A stretch of DNA of 64,000 nucleotides from Phyllobates terribilis (GCF_046119375.1 NW_027362769.1:360096001-360160000); one strand, 5' to 3'. Counted from the first letter of the stretch, positions 12,426 through 24,179 are shown. The notes: generated by a model not told the origin, from the sequence alone. A program made the numbers and translations.

Positions 12426-13135
12426 GGGGGCCATGCACACTAGGATTGTGGGGCCATACATACCAAGATAGGGGATTAGGGGGCCATGCACACCAGGATT
12501 GGGGATGAGGTGACCATGCATACCAGGAATGGGGATGAGGGGGCCATGCATACCAGGAATGGGGATGAGGGGGCCATGCACACCAGGATTGGGGATGAGG
12601 GGGCCATGCATACAAGGATTGGGGATGAGGGGGCCATGCATACCAGGATTGAGGAAGAGGGGTCCACGCACACCAGGATTGGGGAGGAGGGGGTAATGCA
12701 TACCAGGATTGGGGAGGAGGGGGCCATGCATACCAGGATGGGAAGGAGGGGACTATTCATACCAGGATTGGGGATAAGGGGGCCATGTATACCAGAATTG
12801 GGGAGGAGGGGGCCATGCATACAAGGATTGGGGAGGAGGGGGCCATGCATACCAGGATTGGGGAGGAGGGGGCCATGCATACAAGGATTGGGGAGGAGGG
12901 GGCCATGCAAACCAGGATTGGGAGGAGGGGGCCATGCATACCAGGATGGTTGTGATGGGGCCATGCATGCCATGAATGGGGATGAGTGGGCCATGCATAC
13001 CAGGATGGGGATGAGTGGGCCAAGCATACCAGGATTGGGAGGAGGGGGCCATGCATACCAGGATTGGGGTGGAGGGGGCCATGTATACCAGGAATGGGGA
13101 TCAGTGGGCAATCCATAACAGGAATGGGGATGAGG
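12426..13135 (+). repeat. 30-bp G-rich minisatellite, about 24 copies
   Basis: Unit GGGGCCATGCATACCAGGATTGGGGAGGAG. Confidence 0.95.
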
Positions 13136-13244
13136 GATGTCTGCTGAATGCCCCTCATTACCAGCTCCCCTTTGACAACTCCTCCTGTCAGGGGAGAAAG
13201 AAATCGGTAAATGGGCGTGTATTGGTGTGTGGCCAAAATTTGCC

Positions 13245-13936
13245 TGCTCTTTATACTGTAAATGCTGCTCTATATACTGTATATACTGCTCTATATACTG
13301 TACACACTGATCTATACACTGTATATACTGCTCTATATACTATACACACTCTCTACATACTGTACACATTGCTCTATATACTGTCTGTGCACACTGAACT
13401 ATATACTGTAAAGACTGTTCTATATACTGTACATACTGCTCTATATACTGTAAAGATTGTTCTATATACTGTACATACTGCTCTATATACTATACACACT
13501 CTCTACATACTGTACACATTGCTCTATATACTGTCTGTGCACACTGAACTATATACTGTAAAGACTGTTCTATATACTGTACACACTGAACTATATACTG
13601 TACACACTGCTCTATATACTGTACACGCTGCTCTATATATTGTATAGGCTGCTCTATATACTGTACATGCTGCTCTATATACTGTACACACTGCTCTATA
13701 TATTGTACAGGCTGCTCTATATACTGTACATGCTGCTCTATATACTGTACATGCTGCTCTATATACTGTACACACTGAACTACAGTATATACTGTACAGA
13801 CTGCTATATATACTGTACACACTGCTGTATATACTGTACACTCTGCTCTATATACTGTACAGGCTGCTCTATATACTGTACACACTGCTCTATATACTGT
13901 ACAGGCAGCTCTATATATATTGTACACGTTGCTCTA
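13245..13936 (-). repeat. 21-bp minisatellite, about 33 copies, inverse orientation of the 50882-64000 satellite
   Basis: Unit TATATACTGTACACACTGCTC is the reverse complement of GAGCAGTGTGTACAGTATATA. Confidence 0.95.
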
Positions 13937-14151
13937 TTATCTGGGACATCTATAAGGCTGCTGATCTGGGCTGTACAGATGTTGTGTTGGGGATGAGTCG
14001 CATTGTGAAGCTGGCGCCTTATCAGAGCTCTTCCCTCCATTACCTGCCGCAGCGTCACAGCTTCACACAGGGTCAGACACGATATTACATAGGTGATTGC
14101 AATCAGCCCCCTATGTGGATACGTGTTCACCCCCCAATACTCTGCACATTC

Positions 14152-14274
14152 GGGGTGTACTTATATTACAGGTCAGGGAGGTGGCAGTCAGCGGAGGCCA
14201 TCGCCTGTGTTACCCTTATGGGCTCTCAGCAGCTCCAGGTCGTCCCCACATCGTACAATCCGCTTCCTGTACGA
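14152..14274 (+). repeat. 123-bp unclassified repeat, inverted partner of 50663-50785
   Basis: GGGGTGTACTTATATTACAGGTCAGGGAGGTGGCAGTCAGCGGAGGCCATCGCC...CTGTACGA, about 90% identical by eye to the reverse complement of 50663-50785. Confidence 0.9.
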
Positions 14275-14594
14275 TGGATATTGTAGTAAAGATCCCTGTG
14301 ATGGTGACAAGAGCCGGGAATAGGAGGAACGAGCTCCCGCAGCAGTTTTATCTCCCCGGATACACAGTGATGCGCAGATCGGGAGGACGGCGGCGATGAT
14401 CCCGGGACCTCCTCTCGGCTCTTTCCCGGCATCTCTGCTGGTGACGGCTACAAACGGTCAGTGGAGATGATGGAGAAGAGGAAGCGACGGAGAAAGCGCG
14501 CTCTGCTGTCCGGTGTTAGCCGGTAAAGGGCTTTTATCCCGGGCAGGAAAGCACAAGGGGAGAGCGGAGCTTCACTCGGGCTCAGCAGGGAGGA

Positions 14595-14685
14595 GGCGGG
14601 GCCTGTGCTCAGTGTCAGCCAATAGATGCTCAGGACGGTGCAGATCAGCAGCCAATCAGTGCGCAGTAAGCCTGTACATATAACA
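14595..14685 (+). promoter_or_regulatory. Histone H1 proximal promoter
   Basis: GGCGGG box near 14596, CCAAT boxes near 14619 and 14652, TATA-like TACATATAA near 14674, about 75 bp before the ATG. Confidence 0.6.
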
Positions 14686-14754
14686 GGCGCCTCCAGCTCC
14701 GGCCTCAGTGTTTTCCTATCAGGAGATATTTGTGTTCTAGTTCCGCAGCACACG

Positions 14755-15462
14755 ATGGCCGAGACCGCACCAGCCGCCGCTCCCCCTCCCGCAGAACCGG
14801 CCGCCAAATCCAAGAAACAGCCGAAGAAATCCGCCGCCGGGGGCGCCAAGAAAAGCAAGAAACCCTCCGGTCCCAGCGTCGCCGATCTGATCGTGAAAGC
14901 CGTGTCCGCCTCTAAGGAGCGCAGTGGGGTGTCTCTGGCCGCCCTGAAGAAGGCTCTGTCTGCCGGAGGATACGATGTAGAGAAGAACAATAGCCGCCTG
15001 AAGCTGGCCGTCAAGTCTCTGGTCACCAAGGGCGCCCTCCTCCAGGTGAAGGGCAGCGGCGCCTCCGGGTCCTTCAAGCTGAACAAGAAGCAGCAGGAGA
15101 CTAAGGACAAAGCGGCCAAGAAGAAGTCAGCAGCTGCGGCCAAGCCCAAGAAACCCGCTGCAGCCAAGAAAGCCGCCAAGTCTCCTAAGAAGCCCAAGAA
15201 GGCTCCGACCGCTGCCAAGAAGAGCCCGAAAAAGGCCAAGAAGCCCGCAGCAGCTGCCAAGAAGGCGGCCAAGAGCCCCAAGAAGCCAAAGGCCGCTCCG
15301 AAGCCCAAGAAGGTGACGAAGAGTCCGGCTAAGAAAGCGACCAAGCCCAAAGCTGCCAAGAGTCCTGCTAAGAAGGCGGCTAAAGCCAAGAAAGCCACCA
15401 CCTTGTCCGCTTCAGAGCTGTATGATCAGAGCCACCACCTTGTCCCCTTCCGAGCTGTATGA
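14755..15462 (+). CDS. H1: Linker histone H1 with truncated C-terminus fused to satellite (214 native aa plus 21 satellite-encoded aa); probably non-functional or misprocessed
   Basis: MAETAPAA start, globular domain [21 protein letters not shown]...[13 protein letters not shown] and KSPKK-rich tail. Native sequence stops at 15396 and continues [21 protein letters not shown]. No histone stem-loop follows. Confidence 0.93.
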   Translation: MAETAPAAAPPPAEPAAKSKKQPKKSAAGGAKKSKKPSGPSVADLIVKAVSASKERSGVSLAALKKALSAGGYDVEKNNSRLKLAVKSLVTKGALLQVKGSGASGSFKLNKKQQETKDKAAKKKSAAAAKPKKPAAAKKAAKSPKKPKKAPTAAKKSPKKAKKPAAAAKKAAKSPKKPKAAPKPKKVTKSPAKKATKPKAAKSPAKKAAKAKKATTLSASELYDQSHHLVPFRAV

Positions 15463-15914
15463 TCAGAGCCACCACCTTGTCCCCTTCTGAGCTGTATGAT
15501 CAGAGCTACCACCTTGTCCCCTTCAGAGCTGTATGATCAGATCCACCACCTTGTCCCCTTCAGAGCTGTATGATCAGATCCACCACCTTGCCCCCTTCCG
15601 AGCTGTATGATCAGAGCTACCACCTTGTCCCCGGCAGAGCTGTATGATCAGTGCCACCACCTTGTCCCCGGCAGAGCTGTATGATCAGTGCCACCACCTT
15701 GTCCCCGGCAGAGCTGTATGATCAGAGCCACCTCCTTGTCCCCTGCAGAGCTGTATTATCAGTGCCATCATCTTGTCCCCTGCAGAGCTGTATGATCAAT
15801 GCCACCACCTTGTCCCCACCAGAGCTGTATAAGTGCCACCACCTTGTCCCCGGCAGAGCTGTATGATCAGAGCCACCACCTTGTCCCCTGCAGAGCTGTA
15901 TGATCAGTGCCACC
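15394..15914 (+). repeat. 37-bp HDE-derived satellite, H1-proximal block (about 14 units)
   Basis: Unit GCCACCACCTTGTCCCC(TT/TG/GG)CAGAGCTGTATGATCAG(A/T). Confidence 0.95.
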
Positions 15915-16820
15915 TAGAGATGAGCGTTGTTCTACTCGAACTGTTCGCCAATCTCAAATTCGAGCTGTTTTGGGCGGTGTTCGAGCCGGTCGGCGAACAC
16001 GAACAATTTGAGAAAAATTCGGCTGTTCGAGGTTATGTTCGATAACTGTTCGTGCACCAAAATCATAACTGGATTTTTTCTCAGTAATGATGAAAATTAA
16101 TGTTAATACGCAGTTTGAGTGTACAGCGGGGCAGGGGATGGATCTCTGCAGGAACAATGAAGATCTCCATTTTTTTTTCTCTTTCCCGCATTTGCAGTGG
16201 GGAGGTGCAATCTGTCAGCCTATCAGCAGCGCACACACGGAGCGAAGTGCTTTTTTTCACACAAGCAAGGGCATGTGTGATTGGCAGTGTATGTCACATG
16301 TCCTTGCCCTATAAGACCAAGCCATTTTCCCCGTCGCCACCATTTTCTCACTGCTGCAGCTGCGTGTTAGACGGCACCGCTGTTGCTGTGTGCGCTATAC
16401 CTTGTTAATTTCAAGCCAATTTTCGCACAAATATACAGATAGCTTGGGAGTAGGGAATAGTTGTGATTGCAGTCCTTTTAAGGACTAGGTTACAGCATTT
16501 CCTACGACTTTTATCAGGCAGGTCTGTGCTCTTAAATAGATAGATTGTGGGAGTAAAGACTAATTGTAATTGGAGTCCTTTTCAGGACTAGGTTACATCA
16601 GTTCCTATCAGTTTTTGCCAGGCAGGTCTGTGCCAGTGCTGTGCAAGTTTTTTTCACAGCATTTGGCTGAATCTAGCAAAGCTAATCCTTTTTGGCCTAT
16701 TGCAGAGTGTGTTAGTCAGTGGAGTAGCCTATCTGTGTTGCAAGATATACCACCTGTGTATAGAATACCAATTTTTTTACTGCACCTAGTGAAGTAAAAT
16801 CTTTTGGGCATAGCATCATT

Positions 16821-19800
16821 CTATTAGTCCATCTATACTGACCTCCATCAGGTTGCAAACTGAATATAATTTTTTTCTGCATCTAGCTCTGAAAAAATAT
16901 TTGGGCTTCTAGCGGTGTGTGGGACTTGGTCTATTAGTCCATCTATACTGACCTCCATCAGGTTGCAAATTAAAAATAATTTTTTTCTGCATCTAGCTCT
17001 GAAAAAATATTTGGGCTTCTAGCAGTGTGTGGGACTTGGTCTATTAGTCCATCTATACTGACCTCCATCAGGTTGCAAATTAAAAATAATTTTTTTCTGC
17101 ATCTAGCTCTGAAAAAATATTTGGGCTTCTAGCAGTGTGTGGGACTTGGTCTATTAGTCCATCTATACTGACCTCCATCAGGTTGCAAATTAAAAATATT
17201 TTTTTTCTTCATTTATCTCTGAAAAAATATTTGGGCTTCTAGCAGCGTGTGGGACTTGTTCTATTAGTCCATCTATACTGACCTCCATCAGGTTGCAAAT
17301 TAAAAATAATTTTTTTCTGCATGTAGCTCTGAAAAAATATTTGGGCTTCTAGCAGTGTGTGGGATTTGGTCTATTAGTCCAGCTATACTGACCTCCATCA
17401 GGTTGCAAATTAAAAATAATTTTTTTCTTCATTTATCTCTGAAAAAATATTTGGCCTTCTAGCAGTGTGTGGGACTTGGTCTATTAGTCCAGCTATACTG
17501 ACCTCCATCAGGTTGCAAATTAAAAATAATTTTTTTCTGCATCTAGCTCTGAAAAAATATTTGGGCTTCTAGCAGTGTGTGGGATTTGGTCTATTAGTAC
17601 ATCTATACTGACGTCCATCAGGTTGCAAATTGAATAAAAAAAATTTCTGCATCTAGCTCTGAAAAAATATTTGGGCTTCTAGCAGTGTGTGGGACTTGGT
17701 CTATTAGTCCATCTATACTGACCTCCATCAGGTTGCAAATTGAATAAAAAAAATTTCTGCATCTAGCTCTGAAAAAATATTTGGGCTTCTAGCGGTGTGT
17801 GGGACTTGGTCTATTAGTCCATCTATACTGACCTCCATCAGGTTGCAAATTAAAAATAATTTTTTTCTGCATCTAGCTCTAAAAAAATATTTGGGCTTCT
17901 AGCAGTGTGTGGGACTTGGTCTATTAGTCCATCTATACTGACCTCCATCAGGTTGCAAATTAAAAATAATTTTTTTCTGCATCTAGCTCTGAAAAAATAT
18001 TTGGGCTTCTAGCAGTGTGTGGGACTTGGTCTATTAGTCCATCTATACTGACCTCCATCAGGTTGCAAATTAAAAATATTTTTTTTCTGCATCTAGCTCT
18101 GAAAAAATATTTGGGCTTCTAGCAGTGTGTGGGACTTGGTCTATTAGTCCATCTATACTGACCTCCATCAGGTTGCAAATTAAAAATAATTTTTTTCTGC
18201 ATCTAGCTCTGAAAAAATATTTGGGCTTCTAGCAGTGTGTGGGACTTGGTCTATTAGTCCATCTATACTGACCTCCATCAGGTTGCAAATTAAAAATATT
18301 TTTTTTCTTCATTTATCTCTGAAAAAATATTTGGGCTTCTAGCAGCGTGTGGGACTTGTTCTATTAGTCCATCTATACTGACCTCCATCAGGTTGCAAAT
18401 TAAAAATAATTTTTTTCTGCATGTAGCTCTGAAAAAATATTTGGGCTTCTAGCAGTGTGTGGGACTTGGTCTATTAGTCCATCTATACTGACCTCCAGCA
18501 GGTTGCAAATTAAAAATAATTTTTTTCTGCATCTAGCTCTGAAAAAATATTTGGGCTTCTAGCAGTGTGTGGGACTTGGTCTATTAGTACATCTATACTG
18601 ACGTCCATCAGGTTGCAAATTGAATAAAAAAAATTTCTGCATCTAGCTCTGAAAAAATATTTGGGCTTCTAGCAGTGTGTGGGACTTGGTCTATTAGTCC
18701 ATCTATACTGACCTCCATCAGGTTGCAAATTGAATAAAAAAAATTTCTGCATCTAGCTCTGAAAAAATATTTGGGCTTCTAGCGGTGTGTGGGACTTGGT
18801 CTATTAGTCCATCTATACTGACCTCCATCAGGTTGCAAATTAAAAATAATTTTTTTCTGCATCTAGCTCTGAAAAAATATTTGGGCTTCTAGCAGTGTGT
18901 GGGACTTGGTCTATTAGTCCATCTATACTGACCTCCATCAGGTTGCAAATTAAAAATAATTTTTTTCTGCATCTAGCTCTGAAAAAATATTTGGGCTTCT
19001 AGCAGTGTGTGGGACTTGGTCTATTAGTCCATCTATACTGACCTCCATCAGGTTGCAAATTAAAAATAATTTTTTTCTGCATCTAGCTCTGAAAAAATAT
19101 TTGGGCTTCTAGCAGTGTGTGGGACTTGGTCTATTAGTCCATCTATACTGACCTCCATCAGGTTGCAAATTAAAAATAATTTTTTTCTGCATCTAGCTCT
19201 GAAAAAATATTTGGGCTTCTAGCAGTGTGTGGGACTTGGTCTATTAGTCCATCTATACTGACCTCCATCAGGTTGCAAATTAAAAATATTTTTTTTCTTC
19301 ATTTATCTCTGAAAAAATATTTGGGCTTCTAGCAGCGTGTGGGACTTGTTCTATTAGTCCATCTATACTGACCTCCATCAGGTTGCAAATTAAAAATAAT
19401 TTTTTTCTGCATGTAGCTCTGAAAAAATATTTGGGCTTCTAGCAGTGTGTGGGACTTGGTCTATTAGTCCAGCTATACTGACCTCCATCAGGTTGCAAAT
19501 TAAAAATAATTTTTTTCTGCATCTAGCTCTGAAAAAATATTTGGGCTTCTAGCAGTGTGTGGGATTTGGTCTATTAGTACATCTATACTGACGTCCATCA
19601 GGTTGCAAATTGAATAAAAAAAATTTCTGCATCTAGCTCTGAAAAAATATTTGGGCTTCTAGCAGTGTGTGGGACTTGGTCTATTAGTCCATCTATACTG
19701 ACCTCCATCAGGTTGCAAATTGAATAAAAAAAATTTCTGCATCTAGCTCTGAAAAAATATTTGGGCTTCTAGCGGTGTGTGGGACTTGGTCTATTAGTCC

Positions 19801-20187
19801 ATCTATACTGACCTCCATCAGGTTGCAAATTAAAAATAATTTTTTTCTGCATCTAGCTCTGAAAAAATATTTGGGCTTCTAGCAGTGTGTGGGACTTGGT
19901 CTATTAGTCCATCTATACTGACCTCCATCAGGTTGCAAATTAAAAATAATTTTTTTCTGCATCTAGCTCTGAAAAAATATTTGGGCTTCTAGCAGTGTGT
20001 GGGACTTGGTCTATTAGTCCATCTATACTGACCTCCATCAGGTTGCAAATTAAAAATAATTTTTTTCTTCATTTATCTCTGAAAAAATATTTGGGCTTCT
20101 AGCAGCGTGTGGGACTTGTTCTATTAGTCCATCTATACTGACCTCCATCAGGTTGCAAATTAAAAATAATTTTTTTCTGCATCTAGC
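16821..20187 (+). repeat. 110-bp tandem array inside the hAT (30.6 units, 990-bp higher-order repeat)
   Basis: CTATTAGTCC recurs in exact 110-bp register from 16821 to 20121. Variant ACGTCCATCA at 17611, 18601 and 19591. Confidence 0.97.
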
Positions 20188-20301
20188 CCAGCCAATAGTT
20201 TTGGCCTAATACCACAGTTTGGCCACTCAGCTCTGCTCGGTTACCATCCATTGTTTTTTTGTGCAAACAACTCCAGAGTTGTGAATTAGTTAACCACCAA
20301 A

Positions 20302-23300
20302 ATGAGTGGAAAAAGGCCTGCTGCTGGTGGAAAGGGGAATAGGCGTGTTGGGAAGGGGAAAAAAGGTTGTGTCCGTGGGGTAGGTGCAGAAGAAAGACCA
20401 TCTTCCAGCCAAACTAAAATGTCTACTTCTTTTAGCGGACAATGTGATAAGATCCCTTTCTTACGGCCACGCCAATCGCTACAAATTCCAGATGAGGCAC
20501 AAAAACAGCAGGTGCTTCAACGGATATCAAGTGCTCCTTTAAGTGCGCTCTCCTCCACATCAACTTCAACATCACAAATACTCCAGTTCTCAAAGGTGTC
20601 ACCCAAATCGCACTTGCTTCCTCACAGCTCCCAAATCTCCAGCTGCCCGTCTGAGTATGAGGTAGAACAGATGGTTGAGTCTGCAGAGCTGTTTACTCAT
20701 ACTATAGCCTGGGAATCAGAGGTCGACTCCAGCGCTTCTGTGAATCCAGACGAGGAAATGATCTGCACTGATGCCCTGAATCTTTATGAGTCGGATCCAG
20801 GACCAGACGCAGAAGGTTCTGACCATAATGTAGACCCTCATTCCCAAACTGTAACTCCTGTTGGTGGAGACAATGAGGAAGACGATGATAAGACTCAAAT
20901 ACCTGATTGGAGCGACAACTTTAGTTTTTTGTCAGGGCAGGAACAGGTTGGCTCTGAGGACGACGGGTGTGATAACGCACAGGGTGATGATGATGAGGTC
21001 GGAGATCCCACTTACTGTCAACCCACAGTCAGCCAAGAGATGAGGTCAGCAGAGGAGGTGGAGGAAGATGCTAGTGACGACGAGGTCAGGTTGCGCCTTC
21101 CTGGACAGAGACGTAGTACTGGAAGCACGTCAACAATTGCATCCTCAAACACAACTCTGCCTCTCACCACAAGTCGTGGTGGCTCTTCAGGTCGCATGGG
21201 TGCTAAGCCTTGCATAGCCTGGGCATTTTTTCAGATCGAAAAAGATGACCCAACTCGTGTTATCTGTAACATTTGTCAGCAAAAGCTAAGTAGAGGCCAA
21301 AAAATACATAGTTTGAGTACTTCATGCATGAACCGGCACATGGACATGAAGCATAAGTTGCAGTGGGAAGCTCAGTGTGCTACAATGCGGCCTAGCCGGC
21401 CGGGCCAATCACCGTCTGCCATATCTTGTGCATCCGCGGCCTCTTCATCCTCTGTGACTGGGGGGACAGCAGTCACACCTGTTTTGGGGCGCAGACCTGC
21501 CACCTCTTTACCCGCAACAGCCAGCGTGATTGGCAGGTCATCATTTTCTTTGGAGGTGGTAACACCAGCTGGTGTTGAGCGCTGTCCGACATCGATAGCA
21601 CCACCTTTGGATCAAGGCAACCTAACATGTCCGCCTGCATCTTCCTCACAGACCGGCAGTTTGCCGGGGACACCCTTATCAACCCCGTCTAAGCACAATA
21701 GCCAGCCCTCAGTCCCTCAGATGTGGACAAGTAAAAGACCATTTCCTCCTAGCCATGAGAAAGCTAAGAGGTTGAATTTCACCATCTGCAAGCTCTTGGC
21801 TACAGAAATGCTGCCTTTCCGCCTGGTGGACACAGAGGATTTTCGAGACCTTATGTCCGTCGCAGTGCCCCAGTACCAGATGCCCAGTCGGCACTACTTC
21901 TCAAAGAAAGGTGTGCCTGCGCTCCACCAGCATGTCGCACACAACATCACCGCTTCTTTGAGAAACTCTGTGTGTGACAGGGTGCATTTCACCACAGACA
22001 CTTGGACGAGTAGGCATGGACAGGGGCGTTACATGTCGCTGACTGGGCACTGGGTAACTATGGTGACAGCAGGACAAGGGGCTGCTGTCCAAGTCTTGCC
22101 GTCCCCACGAGTTGTGCGTCAATCCTCTTTATGTCAAAGTTCCTCCACTGCTTCTGCCTCCTCAACCTCCTCTCGGTCTTCCACCTGCACCCAAAGCCTG
22201 TCTGGTCATGCCACAAGCTTTCTAACTGCGCAGAAGGGATCCTGCACACCTCCTTACTATGCTGGCAGTAGGGCTCAACGTCATCAGGCGGTTTTTACAT
22301 TGAAATGTCTGGGAAATGTGAGTCACACAGCTGAGGAGTTGTGGTCAGCTCTGGAGAACCAATTTCATGAATGGTTGTCTCCACTGGACCTGAAACCAGG
22401 GAAGGCCGTGTGCGACAATGCTGCAAACCTGGGTGCGGCCCTTCGCCGGGGCAATGTCACACACGTGCCTTGTATGGCTCACGTGTTGAACCTGGTTGTC
22501 CAGCAATTTTTAGCCCACTATCCCAGACTAGATGGCCTTCTGCAGAGGGCACGGTCGCTGTGTGCTCACTTCCGCCGTTCGCATCCCGCAGCTCAGCGAC
22601 TTACATCTCTACAGAAGTCGTTGGGCCTGCCACTTCACCGGCTAAAATGCGATGTGCCTACCCGGTGGAATTCAACTCTGCACATGTTGCAGCGACTGTG
22701 GCAGCACCGACAAGCCCTGGTGCAATACGTTCTGACGTATAGCCTGGGCCAACGAGATTCAGAGGTGGGGCAAATCACGCTGGAGGAGTGGTCTCAGATC
22801 AGGAACCTATGCACCCTTCTGCACAGTTTTGAAATGGCGACGAAGATGTTTAGTGCTGACGATGCCATTATCAGCATGACTATTCCGGTGATTTACATGC
22901 TGGAGCACATGTTAAACAGAATTCGGAGTCAGGTGGTGGCACAAGAGGAGGTGGAGGAAGTAGAGGAGGAGGAGTTGTATGCGGAAGGGCTAACATCTGC
23001 AAGGTCCAGACGGTCGGCAGCACCAAGGCGGCAGGCATGTGAGAGTGGGGGAGATGGTTTTACCAGGGCGCATGGTAGCAGCCAAACTAGTGAGGAAGGT
23101 GCAGGAGCCCAAGAAGAAGTGGAGGACGAACTGATGGAAGACTCATCAGATGAGGGAGACCTTGATCACATTTCTGTTGTGCGAGGTTGGGGGGAGAGGA
23201 CAGAGGAAGGAAGCATGATTGTTACCTCGCCACCAACACAACAGGGACTTGGTGCTCCTGGATGCGCAACACACATGAGTGCCTTCTTGCTGCACTACCT

Positions 23301-23967
23301 GCAACATGACCCTCGAATTGTGAGAATTAGAAATAATCCTGACTACTGGGTTGCCACACTGTTAGATCCCCGGTACAAAAGTAAATTTGCAGAAATTATT
23401 CCTGCCATAGAAAGGGATGCACGCATGCAGGAGTATCAGCAGAGACTGTTGCAGAATCTTACATGTGCTTTTCCACAAAATACCAGTGGTGCACGTAGTG
23501 AATCTCACAGTTCCAACTTGCCAACCGTGGGACCGTCAAGTGTTCAGCACTCAAACCGTAACAGAACCACAGTATCTGCTGGTAACATCAATTTTGCGGA
23601 ATCATTTCACCACTTTTTTAGCCCACAGGAGACAAGAAGTCTGACACATAGTCAACGCCTAGAGACGATGGTACAGGAGTATCTCCAAGTAAACATTGAA
23701 GCCGCGACTGTGTCACTGGACCCTTGCTCTTTTTGGGCTTCCAATCTGGATAAATGGCCGGAGCTAGCCACTTACGCCTTGGAGATCTTGTCATGCCCCG
23801 CAGCCAGCGTTCTGTCTGAACGTGTGTTCAGCGCTGCTGGTGGTGTGCTGACAGATAAGCGCACGCGGCTCTCCACTGATAATGTAGACAGACTCACGTT
23901 CATAAAGATGAACAAATCATGGATCCGAAACGACTTTTCTACCCCTGTGTCATCCTGGGGAGAGTAA
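20302..23967 (+). CDS. hAT-family transposase, 1221 aa, uninterrupted ORF
   Basis: BED finger (AWAFF...CNIC...MNRHMDMKH), FTTDTWTS, VCDNAAN, PCMAH (CxxH), DVPTRWNST, and SERVFSAAG in the C-terminal dimerisation region. Confidence 0.95.
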   Translation: MSGKRPAAGGKGNRRVGKGKKGCVRGVGAEERPSSSQTKMSTSFSGQCDKIPFLRPRQSLQIPDEAQKQQVLQRISSAPLSALSSTSTSTSQILQFSKVSPKSHLLPHSSQISSCPSEYEVEQMVESAELFTHTIAWESEVDSSASVNPDEEMICTDALNLYESDPGPDAEGSDHNVDPHSQTVTPVGGDNEEDDDKTQIPDWSDNFSFLSGQEQVGSEDDGCDNAQGDDDEVGDPTYCQPTVSQEMRSAEEVEEDASDDEVRLRLPGQRRSTGSTSTIASSNTTLPLTTSRGGSSGRMGAKPCIAWAFFQIEKDDPTRVICNICQQKLSRGQKIHSLSTSCMNRHMDMKHKLQWEAQCATMRPSRPGQSPSAISCASAASSSSVTGGTAVTPVLGRRPATSLPATASVIGRSSFSLEVVTPAGVERCPTSIAPPLDQGNLTCPPASSSQTGSLPGTPLSTPSKHNSQPSVPQMWTSKRPFPPSHEKAKRLNFTICKLLATEMLPFRLVDTEDFRDLMSVAVPQYQMPSRHYFSKKGVPALHQHVAHNITASLRNSVCDRVHFTTDTWTSRHGQGRYMSLTGHWVTMVTAGQGAAVQVLPSPRVVRQSSLCQSSSTASASSTSSRSSTCTQSLSGHATSFLTAQKGSCTPPYYAGSRAQRHQAVFTLKCLGNVSHTAEELWSALENQFHEWLSPLDLKPGKAVCDNAANLGAALRRGNVTHVPCMAHVLNLVVQQFLAHYPRLDGLLQRARSLCAHFRRSHPAAQRLTSLQKSLGLPLHRLKCDVPTRWNSTLHMLQRLWQHRQALVQYVLTYSLGQRDSEVGQITLEEWSQIRNLCTLLHSFEMATKMFSADDAIISMTIPVIYMLEHMLNRIRSQVVAQEEVEEVEEEELYAEGLTSARSRRSAAPRRQACESGGDGFTRAHGSSQTSEEGAGAQEEVEDELMEDSSDEGDLDHISVVRGWGERTEEGSMIVTSPPTQQGLGAPGCATHMSAFLLHYLQHDPRIVRIRNNPDYWVATLLDPRYKSKFAEIIPAIERDARMQEYQQRLLQNLTCAFPQNTSGARSESHSSNLPTVGPSSVQHSNRNRTTVSAGNINFAESFHHFFSPQETRSLTHSQRLETMVQEYLQVNIEAATVSLDPCSFWASNLDKWPELATYALEILSCPAASVLSERVFSAAGGVLTDKRTRLSTDNVDRLTFIKMNKSWIRNDFSTPVSSWGE

Positions 23968-24179
23968 AAGCTTGATGATTGGTTAAAATCACCCTACCAA
24001 CCGTTTTAAGCTTTCAAATTACTAATCATGTTTATCTGTATCTTGACTGGAAAATAATTTGGGCTTTGTAGCAGTGTGCAGCACTGATCCTATTAGGCCA
24101 TCTATAATAAGCTTCACCAGATTTAAAATTAAAAATAATTTTTAGCTGCATCTAGCCCGGAAAATAATTTTGGGGCTCC

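Noticed and set aside
12339-13236. Collagen-like or Pro/Gly-rich ORFs (PNPGMHGPLL)
   Set aside because: Translations of the 30-bp minisatellite with no Gly-X-Y period.
14626-14754. In-frame N-terminal extension of H1, and the MDKITA extension of H2A (48229-48246)
   Set aside because: The H1 upstream ATG lies before the TATA-like box; the H2A extension starts at TTG, not ATG.
14448-15401. 317-aa antisense ORF over H1, and similar antisense ORFs over H3, H4 and H2A
   Set aside because: Shadow ORFs caused by biased histone codon usage.
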